Virus record (IMG/VR): IMGVR_UViG_3300022744_000027
Location: 12,806-76,805 of that record
DNA from: a virus
Taxonomy: Duplodnaviria > Caudoviricetes
Strand: one strand, 5' to 3'
DNA: 64,000 nt
This document shows positions 51,167 through 59,716 of this stretch, piece after piece. Under the pieces are notes generated by a model that did no database searches, was not told the origin of the DNA, and saw only the letters and a list, made by a program, of their open reading frames with translations. How positions within the stretch are numbered: position 1 is the stretch's first letter; each line of letters begins with the position of its first letter. The position numbers and the translations under genes were made by a program.

Positions 51167-52177
51167 ATGAGTCAAGAACTTGTCACACAATCACACATGC
51201 CCGCGCCATTTGCGCAGGGACGCTCACTCGCCGCCAGCGTCAACGCCGGTGCCGTCAGCGTAGAGCAGGAACGCGCAGTCGCGGAAGCCCAGGGTCAGCT
51301 CACGCTGGCTAAGCGCTTTCCCCGCGACCTGACAGCCGCTCACTCCGAGCTGATGACCGCCTGCAAGTCGCATGCGTTCGCAGCAGTCGCCTTCTACTCC
51401 AAGCCCCAGGGCGGCGGTACCGTCACCGGCCCCAGCATCCGCATGGCCGAAGAAGTGGCCCGCGTCGTCGGGAACTTTCAATATGGACACCGCGAGCTGA
51501 GCCGCGACGGCAAGAAGTCCGAGGTCGAGGTGTTCGCTTGGGACATGGAGAAAAACAACTACAACAAGCGCCAGCTGACGATCATGCACGTGCGCGACAC
51601 CCGCGATGGCCCAAAGCCGCTGCGTGACCAAGCCGATATCGACATGAAGATCAGCAACGTCGCCAGCAAGCAGGTGCGCGGGCTTATCTTGGCCATGATG
51701 CCAAAGTGGCTGGTCGAAGACGCGGTGCAGGAGTGCAAGAAGACACTGGCCGGCACCAATGACGAGCCGCTGGAAGTCCGCGTCCGCAAGATGACTCAGG
51801 CCTTCGCCAAGTACGGCGTGACCACCGAGCACTTGGAAAAGCGTCTGGGGCACAAGCTGGACGCGATGCTGCTGGACGAGCTGGTCGAGATGATGGGCAT
51901 CTTCAACGCGCTGCGCGAAGGCGAGCCAGCATCGGACTACTTCGGCGCCCAGGAAGCCGCAGAGGCCGTGGCCAACACCGCCGAGGCCATCAAAGCCACG
52001 GCAGCAGCCGCGCCACGCAAGGCGGCCGCCGCGAAGCCCGCACCAGAGCCGACCCCTGCCGCAGTGCAGCAAGAAAGCAAGCCAGTGACAAAACCGAGCA
52101 ATCCGGTGAAAGAGAATCCACCGGCAGCGCCCGTACAGGAGCAGCCTGAAGAAGATAACGGGGGCGATGTTTTCTAA
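51167..52177 (+). CDS. Putative single-strand annealing/recombination protein
   Basis: AKRFPRD, GPSIR.AE, AWDME.N; sits in exonuclease module; function inferred from context. Confidence 0.55.
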   Translation: MSQELVTQSHMPAPFAQGRSLAASVNAGAVSVEQERAVAEAQGQLTLAKRFPRDLTAAHSELMTACKSHAFAAVAFYSKPQGGGTVTGPSIRMAEEVARVVGNFQYGHRELSRDGKKSEVEVFAWDMEKNNYNKRQLTIMHVRDTRDGPKPLRDQADIDMKISNVASKQVRGLILAMMPKWLVEDAVQECKKTLAGTNDEPLEVRVRKMTQAFAKYGVTTEHLEKRLGHKLDAMLLDELVEMMGIFNALREGEPASDYFGAQEAAEAVANTAEAIKATAAAAPRKAAAAKPAPEPTPAAVQQESKPVTKPSNPVKENPPAAPVQEQPEEDNGGDVF

Positions 52178-52395
52178 TGAACACGGTACGGTTTCTGAGC
52201 GCGCAAGAAGTCTCGGATCGCTACGACGGCAAGATCAGCGTGCGAACGCTGGCCAACTGGCGAAACCTCGGCTCTGGCCCACCCTATTCAAAAATCGGCG
52301 GAAAAGTGCTGTACCCATCAGAGAGGCTGGTGGAATGGGAACAGCGCAACACAGTCAAATCCACCAGCGAATACTCAAGAGGTAACAAACCATGA
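52177..52395 (+). CDS. Excisionase-like winged-HTH protein
   Basis: SVRTLANWR..G.GPPY.KIG.KVLY. Confidence 0.8.
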   Translation: MNTVRFLSAQEVSDRYDGKISVRTLANWRNLGSGPPYSKIGGKVLYPSERLVEWEQRNTVKSTSEYSRGNKP

Positions 52396-52664
52396 AGAAA
52401 TCAGAATTGGCCAAGGCCATCGCGGAAAAAGCAGGCATCACCAACGTCAAGGCGAACGAGTGCCTCGAAGCTCTTGCTACGATCACCGGTGAACAGCTGG
52501 CAGCTGGACTGGAGATGACCCTCCCCGGCATCGGAAAGTTCAGCACCACGATGCGCGCCGAGCGCCCAGGTCGCAACGTGAGGACCGGCGAGAGCATCAC
52601 CATCAAGGCGTCGACCGGGGTGAAGTTCAAAGTCGCGTCATCCCTCAAGGACGCGGTTCAATAA
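52392..52664 (+). CDS. HU-family DNA-binding protein
   Basis: MKKSEL..AIA, G.GKF, R.GRN..TGE.I.I, KFK...LKDAV. Confidence 0.93.
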   Translation: MKKSELAKAIAEKAGITNVKANECLEALATITGEQLAAGLEMTLPGIGKFSTTMRAERPGRNVRTGESITIKASTGVKFKVASSLKDAVQ

Positions 52665-52687
52665 AAAAACGGGGCCTTCGGGCCCCG
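52663..52687 (-). terminator. UUCG hairpin, terminator-like on the minus strand
   Basis: A7 tract then GGGGCC-TTCG-GGCCCC. Confidence 0.55.
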
Positions 52688-52706
52688 GTTCATTCTCGGG
52701 AGGTGT

Positions 52707-53825
52707 ATGAGTTGGAGTCCCCAGCAAGACCAAGCCATCAAGGCGGTCAAAGATTGGCTCGCTGACAAGCGTAGCCCCCAAATTTTCCGCCTGTTCGGTT
52801 ACGCCGGATCAGGCAAGACAACCCTCGCAAAGCACATGGCTGAGGATGTAGACGGTGAGGTGCTGTACATGGCATTTACCGGAAAAGCGGCGTTGGTTTT
52901 ACGCAAGAAGGGCTGCGTCGGCGCCAGCACCATCCACAGCGCCATCTACAAGCCAGAGGAAGACCCTGTCACCGGGCACATGGAGTTCAAGCTGAACCCC
53001 GACAGCCCAGTAGCCACGGCCGGGCTGGTGGTGGTGGACGAGGTGTCGATGGTTGGCGAAGACCTCGCCCGCGACCTGCTCTCCTTTGGCTCCAAGGTGC
53101 TGGTGCTCGGCGACCCCGCTCAGCTCCCGCCGGTCAAAGGCGAGGGGTTCTTTATCAACGCGCAACCCGACGTGATGCTCACCGAGGTACACCGCCAGGC
53201 AGCGGAGAACCCGATCATTCGTATGAGCATGGATGTGCGCGAGGGCCGCGGATTGGCTCCAGGAGCCTACGGCACCAGTCAGGTCATCCTGCGCGCAGAA
53301 ATCGACCGCGACCAACTGCGGGACATGGTGATGGCCGCCGACCAGCTCCTGTGCGGTATGAACAAGACGCGCCAGACTTTCAACAACCGCATCCGCGAGC
53401 TTGGAGGGCGCATCGGTAGCCCGGCGCCGCAGATGCCGGTGGTTGGCGACCGGCTGGTGTGCCTGAAGAACAACCGCATCAAGGGCCTGTTCAACGGCGG
53501 ACTATGGGACGTGGACAAGGTGGTCCGGCGACCAGGCCGCACCGACATGCTGGTGTCGTCGGTGGATGAGCCCGGTACCATACCGGTGGATATCGAGGTG
53601 CCAGATCAGTTCTTTCTGGGTACCGAAAAGGACATGGACTGGCGCGAGCGCAAGCGGGCGGACGAGTTCACGTATGGCTACGCGCTGACGGTGCACAAGT
53701 CGCAAGGTTCACAATGGGACAACGTGCTCGTGTACGACGAGTCCAGCATCTTCAGAGATGACGCCGCGAAGCATTTGTATACCGCCGTGACCCGGGCTGC
53801 GGAAAGGGTGACGGTGATCATGTGA
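52707..53825 (+). CDS. RecD/Dda-like SF1 helicase
   Basis: GYAGSGKTT, DEVSMV, GDPAQLPPV, YALTVHKSQGS, YTAVTRA. Confidence 0.93.
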   Translation: MSWSPQQDQAIKAVKDWLADKRSPQIFRLFGYAGSGKTTLAKHMAEDVDGEVLYMAFTGKAALVLRKKGCVGASTIHSAIYKPEEDPVTGHMEFKLNPDSPVATAGLVVVDEVSMVGEDLARDLLSFGSKVLVLGDPAQLPPVKGEGFFINAQPDVMLTEVHRQAAENPIIRMSMDVREGRGLAPGAYGTSQVILRAEIDRDQLRDMVMAADQLLCGMNKTRQTFNNRIRELGGRIGSPAPQMPVVGDRLVCLKNNRIKGLFNGGLWDVDKVVRRPGRTDMLVSSVDEPGTIPVDIEVPDQFFLGTEKDMDWRERKRADEFTYGYALTVHKSQGSQWDNVLVYDESSIFRDDAAKHLYTAVTRAAERVTVIM

Positions 53826-54088
53826 CCACCCAAGACAAATCCTACATCGCCGCAAAACCCGGCCAGGTCTACTGGCGCCACGAGAAGTGCCCACACCGCA
53901 GCTCCAAGGTGCTGCTGCTGACCGTCGGCGGCATCTGCGTCACCGGCAGCTGGTATGGAGACGTGGGCCAGTATTTTCTGGCGTGGTCACCCATGCCGAA
54001 AACGGGAGAGCCGCCGCCAGACATCCGCAGCGCCTCGCTGTGGGAGCGCATCAAGTACGCCGTCAGGCTGGTGGCGGGGTGGGCGTGA
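53822..54088 (+). CDS. Hypothetical phage protein
   Basis: KVLLLT.GG....G.W...AW.P.PK. Confidence 0.6.
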   Translation: MTTQDKSYIAAKPGQVYWRHEKCPHRSSKVLLLTVGGICVTGSWYGDVGQYFLAWSPMPKTGEPPPDIRSASLWERIKYAVRLVAGWA

Positions 54089-54378
54089 AGCGCACCGATT
54101 GGTACAGGCCGGAGCAGGTGCCAGCCAGACGCGGCTGGTACGAGCGCGACCACCGCCGGGTACCGTACCAGAACCGGAAAGACCGGCGAATCAGCCTCGA
54201 CCTCTGGGAGCCGGTGCGCGACCGGCGAAGCATCCTGTACCCGGGCGTGTGGTACGTCCAGGGCGAGCCGTACTGGTACACGCAACCGCTCACCGGGCGG
54301 CGCGTGCTGTCGGACAACATCAACGACGCCAGCTACCAGAACCTGCCGTGGCGGGGGGTTGTGGGGCCCCGGGAGTGA
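54085..54378 (+). CDS. Hypothetical phage protein
   Basis: TDWY....P.R.GWYER and PWRG; GTGA overlap. Confidence 0.55.
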   Translation: MKRTDWYRPEQVPARRGWYERDHRRVPYQNRKDRRISLDLWEPVRDRRSILYPGVWYVQGEPYWYTQPLTGRRVLSDNINDASYQNLPWRGVVGPRE

Positions 54379-54381
54379 AGT

Positions 54382-54668
<287 letters not shown>

Positions 54669-54696
54669 AACTTCACTCCAACACGGGCCGAAGCCC

Positions 54697-54965
54697 TGCG
54701 CCCTATTAGCGCCCTTACCAGTCGACCGCAACCAAAAAACCCAGCAATCTCAAGCAAAAATATCGCTGGACTTAGTGTTTAAGAGTGTCGAAAATCAAGC
54801 ATCCCGCAAATACACGGAGATGCCAAAAAGCACGCGATTTCAACCGATTACCCGAATCCACTTATCACGCAATCACCCATACATTCCCCGCACATCCCGG
54901 CGATTTGCGCCCTACTAGCGCCCTCAATTCTGGGGCGCGGCGCACGCCGGGAGAAAAGGGCGCAA
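54697..54965. other. Putative intact attP with integrase arm-type repeats
   Basis: TGCGCCCTA(T/C)TAGCGCCCT at 54697-54715 and 54906-54924, inverted GGGCGC copies near 54933 and 54958, AT-rich centre, directly upstream of int. Confidence 0.6.
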
Positions 54966-54974
54966 GAGGACAAC

Positions 54975-56141
54975 ATGCCAAAACTCACCAAAACTACCAT
55001 CGACAACCTCAAGCCAGCCACCACCGAACAGTGGGTCTGGTGCTCCGAACTCCCCGGCTTTGGAGTGCGCTGCCAGCCCAGCGGCAACAAGACCTACATC
55101 GCCCGCTACCGCACCCAGGACGGCACCCAGCGCAAACAGAAGATCGCCCGCACCTGCGACATGCCGCCGGACAAAGCCCGCGACCTGGCGCGCAAGGTCT
55201 TCGCTGCCGTAGCCGAAGGCAAAGACCCCAAGCAGGATCAGCGCGACGCCAAAGCCGCTCCAACGGTGGCCGAAATGTCGGCGCGCTACATGAAAGAGCA
55301 CGCCGAGCCCTTCAAGAAAGACGCCAGCGTGCGCAGCGACGCCAACAACTGGCGCCTCCACATCCTGCCCGCCATGGGCAGCAAGAAAGTCCGCGCCATC
55401 ACCAAGGCCGACGTGCTGAGCCTCATGGGCAAGATGACCGACAAGCCAGCGGCCGCCAATCAGGTCGTGGCCCTGCTCAGCAAGTCCTTCAACCTTGCCG
55501 AAGACTGGGGGTGGCGCGACGCCAACAGCAACCCATGCCGGCGCATCAAAAAGTACAAGATCGCCGAGAAAGAGCTAATCCTCAGCCCCACCGAAATCGG
55601 CGTGCTCGACAAGGCCATGACCGACATGGTGGGCGGCGGAACCCTGCGCCCCGAGTTTGCCTCCTTCATTCGCCTGCTGATGCTCACCGGCTGCCGAAAG
55701 AGCGAAGTCATGCTGGCGCGCTGCGAGTGGATCGACTTGGAGCGCGGCCTCCTGCTGCTGCCCGACTCCAAGGTCGGCCAGCGCAAGATCGCCATGTCAC
55801 CAGCGGCCATCCAGATTGCCAAGGCGCTCATCGCCAACGGCGGCGAATGGCTCATCCCCGGGCGGCGCGTCGGCAAGCCACTCCAGACACCGTACAAAGT
55901 CTGGAAAGCCGTGAAGGAAGCCGCGGGCCTGCCCGTTGAGCTGCGCCTTCACGACCTGCGGCACAGCGCCGGGTCACTGGCACACATGGCAGGCGCCAGC
56001 CAGAAGCAGGTGGCCACCATGCTCGGCCACAGCCAGCTCAGCACCACCGAGCGATACCTGCACGGCATGACCGGCGACGCAGCCGCCACAGCAGCCAAGA
56101 TCGGCGAAGTGATTACCAAGGCGTGGGCGACGCAGGCGTGA
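54975..56141 (+). CDS. int: Tyrosine integrase with arm-binding domain
   Basis: N-terminal arm-binding domain (LPGFGVR...G.K.Y..RYR); TGCRKSE, SK, HDLRH, LGH, TTERY catalytic residues. Confidence 0.96.
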   Translation: MPKLTKTTIDNLKPATTEQWVWCSELPGFGVRCQPSGNKTYIARYRTQDGTQRKQKIARTCDMPPDKARDLARKVFAAVAEGKDPKQDQRDAKAAPTVAEMSARYMKEHAEPFKKDASVRSDANNWRLHILPAMGSKKVRAITKADVLSLMGKMTDKPAAANQVVALLSKSFNLAEDWGWRDANSNPCRRIKKYKIAEKELILSPTEIGVLDKAMTDMVGGGTLRPEFASFIRLLMLTGCRKSEVMLARCEWIDLERGLLLLPDSKVGQRKIAMSPAAIQIAKALIANGGEWLIPGRRVGKPLQTPYKVWKAVKEAAGLPVELRLHDLRHSAGSLAHMAGASQKQVATMLGHSQLSTTERYLHGMTGDAAATAAKIGEVITKAWATQA

Positions 56142-56150
56142 CGTGACAAT
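56135..56150 (+). promoter_or_regulatory. Late-type promoter GGCGTGAC-gt-GACAAT
   Basis: Same grammar on the plus strand, overlapping the int stop codon. Confidence 0.5.
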
Positions 56151-56193
56151 AACAACGGCCCCAATCCGGGGCCGTTATCACATTGAGCAAAAA

Positions 56194-56421
56194 ATGAGTT
56201 TGGAAGACAAAGCGCAGGAATACGAAGCCAAGGAATGGGAGGCGAGAAACGCGCCGCGGCCGCAGCTTCCCACATACGCCCCAGGCGACCCGGGGTATGG
56301 GCCAAAGGAATGCTACCAGTGCGACGGAGTCGTGCACCCCGTGCGTCGCGCCAACGGCTGGCGGCTGTGCACAGCCTGCCAATCCGCCCGCGAAATCGTC
56401 ACCGCCCGGCTGGCACGTTAA
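56194..56421 (+). CDS. TraR/DksA-like C4 zinc-finger protein
   Basis: D.AQE.E, CYQC...P..RR...LCTACQ..E. Confidence 0.7.
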   Translation: MSLEDKAQEYEAKEWEARNAPRPQLPTYAPGDPGYGPKECYQCDGVVHPVRRANGWRLCTACQSAREIVTARLAR

Positions 56422-56713
56422 CGGCATCCACCGCCTGCTGGTGGCGGTCTTGGCACTCGCGGTACATCCGCGCCGTATTCACGCCCCAGCGCAGCACAGA
56501 ACCAGCGGTCCCGTCCACGGGCTCGCTCAGATCAGGGCACGGCTGTCGCAGGTTTGCCGGTATCACCGGCACCGCCGTGGATGGCGTCCGAAAGGACGCG
56601 CAGCCCTGAAGCGTCAAGACAAACATTGCGGTACACAGGCCGCTCCACAATCCGGTCCACCGTTTCGGTGATAGTCTGATACACGACACGCTCGCGCTCC
56701 TTAAAAACTTCAT
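56399..56713 (-). CDS. o-spanin (Rz1-like lipoprotein)
   Basis: Lipobox LQGC, Pro-rich segment, C...YREC..RH; overlaps Rz; start uncertain. Confidence 0.75.
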   Translation of the reverse strand: MKFLRSASVSCIRLSPKRWTGLWSGLCTAMFVLTLQGCASFRTPSTAVPVIPANLRQPCPDLSEPVDGTAGSVLRWGVNTARMYRECQDRHQQAVDAVNVPAGR

Positions 56714-56888
56714 GCGTGGCGGCAGCAGTGTCGGCCTTGCGGGCACGCAGACGCACCAACTCGGCGGCATCCTCTATCCGCGCCAGCTCGGCAGAATCTC
56801 GCCGCCAGCCCTGCGCAGTCCAGCCCGAGCCGAAGGCCACGGCAGCAGCCACAGCCCCGACAATCAGGTGAGACTGGAACGGGATCAC
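56532..56888 (-). CDS. i-spanin (Rz-like)
   Basis: N-terminal TM, QGWR, coiled coil, IVERPVY..VC. Confidence 0.75.
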   Translation of the reverse strand: MIPFQSHLIVGAVAAAVAFGSGWTAQGWRRDSAELARIEDAAELVRLRARKADTAAATHEVFKERERVVYQTITETVDRIVERPVYRNVCLDASGLRVLSDAIHGGAGDTGKPATAVP

Positions 56889-57508
56889 GCCAGTGCCCGG
56901 TCAGCGGCCTGAGTGACCTCGGCGCGGTGCTCGATACCCACGGTGCCGCCATTCACGCGGCGCGTGACCTTCACGATGTTGTCCATGATGGAGTCCGGCA
57001 GGTTGCCCTCCCACCACGCCACGGATGCGCGCAAGGCAAACTCAGGCTGCGCCAGTAGGTCGGGGTTGCCTGTCAGGTCCGCGCCAATCGCGCGACCCAC
57101 GGACGTGTAATTGTCCCGGCCAGTGACCTGGAGCAGTCCGCGCCCGCGGAAGCGGTATCCGTCGCCGTGCTGCATGTTGCCCATGCGGCCGCTGTAGACG
57201 TGGTTTGCCAGGCCTTCGGGGTTGCGCACGTAAGGAGCCGCGTCGGCCGGCGTTGGGAACCGGCGGGGCCACACCGCGCACAGGCGCGAGGCGCTGGTGT
57301 ACGTCAGGCCTTCCTCGACGCGCTCCAGCATGCCGGACTCGTGGAGCACCTGGCCGAGAAAATCGCCCAGCTCGGAAGCGCCAGCACTGAATGAATCGTC
57401 CGTGATGACGCGAGAAAATACAGGGGCCCATCGGGCAGCCGTGGCGCGCTTAACGCCGCAGCGCGTGAGAACTTCAGTCCACTGGGCGGGAGTCTTGGAA
57501 ATCGTCAT
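56885..57508 (-). CDS. Endolysin, glycoside hydrolase family 19
   Basis: FLGQ..HES, E.L.Y, LAN.VY..RMGN...GDG.RFRGRGL.Q.TGR.NY, RVNGG. Confidence 0.93.
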   Translation of the reverse strand: MTISKTPAQWTEVLTRCGVKRATAARWAPVFSRVITDDSFSAGASELGDFLGQVLHESGMLERVEEGLTYTSASRLCAVWPRRFPTPADAAPYVRNPEGLANHVYSGRMGNMQHGDGYRFRGRGLLQVTGRDNYTSVGRAIGADLTGNPDLLAQPEFALRASVAWWEGNLPDSIMDNIVKVTRRVNGGTVGIEHRAEVTQAADRALA

Positions 57509-57788
57509 CGGGGTTCTCGCGGAAGGCAAACGGCACACCGTGGTGCCAATGGAAAGCCGTCACGGCCTGCAGAGCCAGGATCGCAAACAGCATGAAAATC
57601 GAGTCAGGCGTCGCCCGCCAATCCGGGACGATGATGGGTGCGAAAAGCGAGAAGACCACAGCTGCCGTCAGCAAGTAGAAGGCCAAAAGTATCGGCAGCT
57701 TCGTGTTGGCATCCGTTTTGACGGCCCTGCAAAACTGAGAGTAAAGCAGAGCCAGTGACAAGGCGATATGAAGGTCTGTGAGGCTCAT
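57474..57788 (-). CDS. Membrane protein (putative holin/antiholin)
   Basis: Three TM segments, upstream of endolysin. Confidence 0.65.
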   Translation of the reverse strand: MSLTDLHIALSLALLYSQFCRAVKTDANTKLPILLAFYLLTAAVVFSLFAPIIVPDWRATPDSIFMLFAILALQAVTAFHWHHGVPFAFRENPDDDFQDSRPVD

Positions 57789-58171
57789 TTCTGGTCCCCG
57801 GAAGCTGCGCCGCCAATACCGCGGGCCATTGCGGCCAGCCCTTGCTTAAGCGCGTTAAATACGGTCGACCACCCATTGCCCAGCGCTCCAATCGCAAACG
57901 CTACAACGGCCATGCCGTGGATCGCAGGGAAGCCGTAACTGGTCTCAAGGTGCCAGGCGGTCGGGACGGTTAGGATCAGCGCCGCCGTGATGATGCGGAA
58001 CAGAAAGAAGGCGCCGCCAATCTTGGTGGTGCCGTGCATCGTTGACAGAGGCCACATCGCACCCAGCATGGAACCCATGACAATGACCACGTAAGGCCCA
58101 GCGAGGGGCCCGAGGAATGCGGTCAGCAAGACAATGAGCGTGACGCCGCTGGTGGAAGTTGGTTCTGCCAT
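57785..58171 (-). CDS. Putative holin
   Basis: MAEPTS start, multiple TM segments, first gene of lysis cassette. Confidence 0.7.
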   Translation of the reverse strand: MAEPTSTSGVTLIVLLTAFLGPLAGPYVVIVMGSMLGAMWPLSTMHGTTKIGGAFFLFRIITAALILTVPTAWHLETSYGFPAIHGMAVVAFAIGALGNGWSTVFNALKQGLAAMARGIGGAASGDQK

Positions 58172-58203
58172 TTTTTCGTATCGTTTCGGTGTGACTGAGG
58201 CAG

Positions 58204-58219
58204 ATTCTTGCGTCACGAC
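58204..58219 (-). promoter_or_regulatory. Late-type promoter GTCGTGAC-gc-AAGAAT (lysis operon)
   Basis: Same motif and spacing. Confidence 0.65.
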
Positions 58220-58228
58220 GACCGCGCG

Positions 58229-59038
58229 TCAGGCCTTGATGATGTAGTTAAGGATGATGGTCGGCTGCAGGTTCGTGTGCGACTGCCCACCACCGGTGTT
58301 GTCGATGGTCAGCGAGTGGCTGTGCGAGCCCTGAGAGTCGGTGGCGACGCCCGCAGAGTTGGTGATGCCGGTCTGCGCCACGTCCGTCGTTTTGATCGAT
58401 CCGACGGACTGGTTGCCCGTGAAGTTCACGCCAGTCGAGTGTGTGTGCGCACCCCCGCTGGCTGCGGTACCGGTGTGGCTGTGCGCTGGAACGTGGTTCG
58501 TCCCAAGGGCCACAATATGGGTGCCGCTCTTGTCGCCCAGGGTCGCGCCATCCACCACGCCAAAGCGGATCGACGTGCTGCCGGTGCTGGTGCTGTTTAC
58601 GGACAGAGTAACCTGCGTGGCGCTGTCGATGCTGTTGATGACGGCGCTGGCGCCGATGCCAGTGCCAAATGCCTTCATGCCGACAGCCAGGCCAGAGGTC
58701 GAAGACAGCCCGGTGATCACGCCGGAGCTGGTGGACGCCTTTGTCCCGGTTAGCGTGACGTTGAGCACGCCGGCGCCGGAGCCACCCATGTCGTCTTTAC
58801 CGCCGACCACGCGGCCGCGCATGTCCGGGAGAGTGAACGTGGTGCTGCCATCGCCCACCCCGTAGGTCGTGCCAATCACGCCAAACAGGGTGGCGTATGT
58901 GGTCCGGCTGACGGTCTGACCGGCGCACAACAACCAATCAGTGGGTGCAGTCGCTCCAGCGAACGGGAGAATGGAACCAGCAGGCGCAAGGCCGCCAGCG
59001 ACTGAGGCAATTAGCGATAAGTTTCTGGCAAAGCTCAT
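58229..59038 (-). CDS. Tail collar domain protein
   Basis: PAGSILPFAG..AP..WLLC.GQ.VSR..YA.LF..IG..YG.GDGSTTF.LPD.RGR; HTNLQP...LNYIIK. Confidence 0.92.
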   Translation of the reverse strand: MSFARNLSLIASVAGGLAPAGSILPFAGATAPTDWLLCAGQTVSRTTYATLFGVIGTTYGVGDGSTTFTLPDMRGRVVGGKDDMGGSGAGVLNVTLTGTKASTSSGVITGLSSTSGLAVGMKAFGTGIGASAVINSIDSATQVTLSVNSTSTGSTSIRFGVVDGATLGDKSGTHIVALGTNHVPAHSHTGTAASGGAHTHSTGVNFTGNQSVGSIKTTDVAQTGITNSAGVATDSQGSHSHSLTIDNTGGGQSHTNLQPTIILNYIIKA

Positions 59039-59073
59039 AAAACTCCAATGATGCGGTTAAACACCGCGCAAAA

Positions 59074-59703
59074 TCAGTACAACCAGCGCCGAAAGCGCAG
59101 TTTGTCCGTGGTCGAGGCTCCAACGGTCAGGACAACCGAGACGCCGCTGCTTGCCGTGAAGTCGTCGCCTTCGCCGAAAAGCATGGAGCCATTCAGGTAC
59201 ACATCAATCTTGCCGACGGTGTACCCACCGGTGATCGTGAAAAGCGTCTGCCCGTTACTGCCCGGCACCACGACCTCATCGGAGAACAGCGCACCGACAG
59301 CAGCCTTGGCGCGGGCGGTCGTGAAATACAGGTTCGTTGAGCCTTCGGTGACCTCATCCGTTGAACCGGGTGAGCCGACGATTTCCACGTAGGCCGAGCC
59401 GCCCCAGCGATACTGGGCGTTGTCGTTCAGCGTGATGTAAACCTTGCCGGACTCGCCGGTCTCAGGCAGGGCTGCAAAGTTTGCGGCCTCGATCACGTCA
59501 TCCACAAAGGACGGGAGCTGCGCCGATGGCACCTTGCCACCAACCAGGTCAGCCTTAAGCGGCAGCGCTTGGTCTTGGGCGCGCATGGCGGCATCCACGC
59601 TCTTCAGAGCCTCGCGCAGCCGCGCCACGTCATCCTTCATGACGTTGTTCTGGTTTGGCAGTGCCAGGTTGTAGTGCGTGGTTCTGTCGTTGATTATTGG
59701 CAT
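59074..59703 (-). CDS. Tail fibre-associated protein
   Basis: GKVP.AQLPSFVDDV.E, TDEVTEGSTNLYFT..RA motifs. Confidence 0.8.
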   Translation of the reverse strand: MPIINDRTTHYNLALPNQNNVMKDDVARLREALKSVDAAMRAQDQALPLKADLVGGKVPSAQLPSFVDDVIEAANFAALPETGESGKVYITLNDNAQYRWGGSAYVEIVGSPGSTDEVTEGSTNLYFTTARAKAAVGALFSDEVVVPGSNGQTLFTITGGYTVGKIDVYLNGSMLFGEGDDFTASSGVSVVLTVGASTTDKLRFRRWLY

Positions 59704-59716
59704 TTACAGCTCCGGG

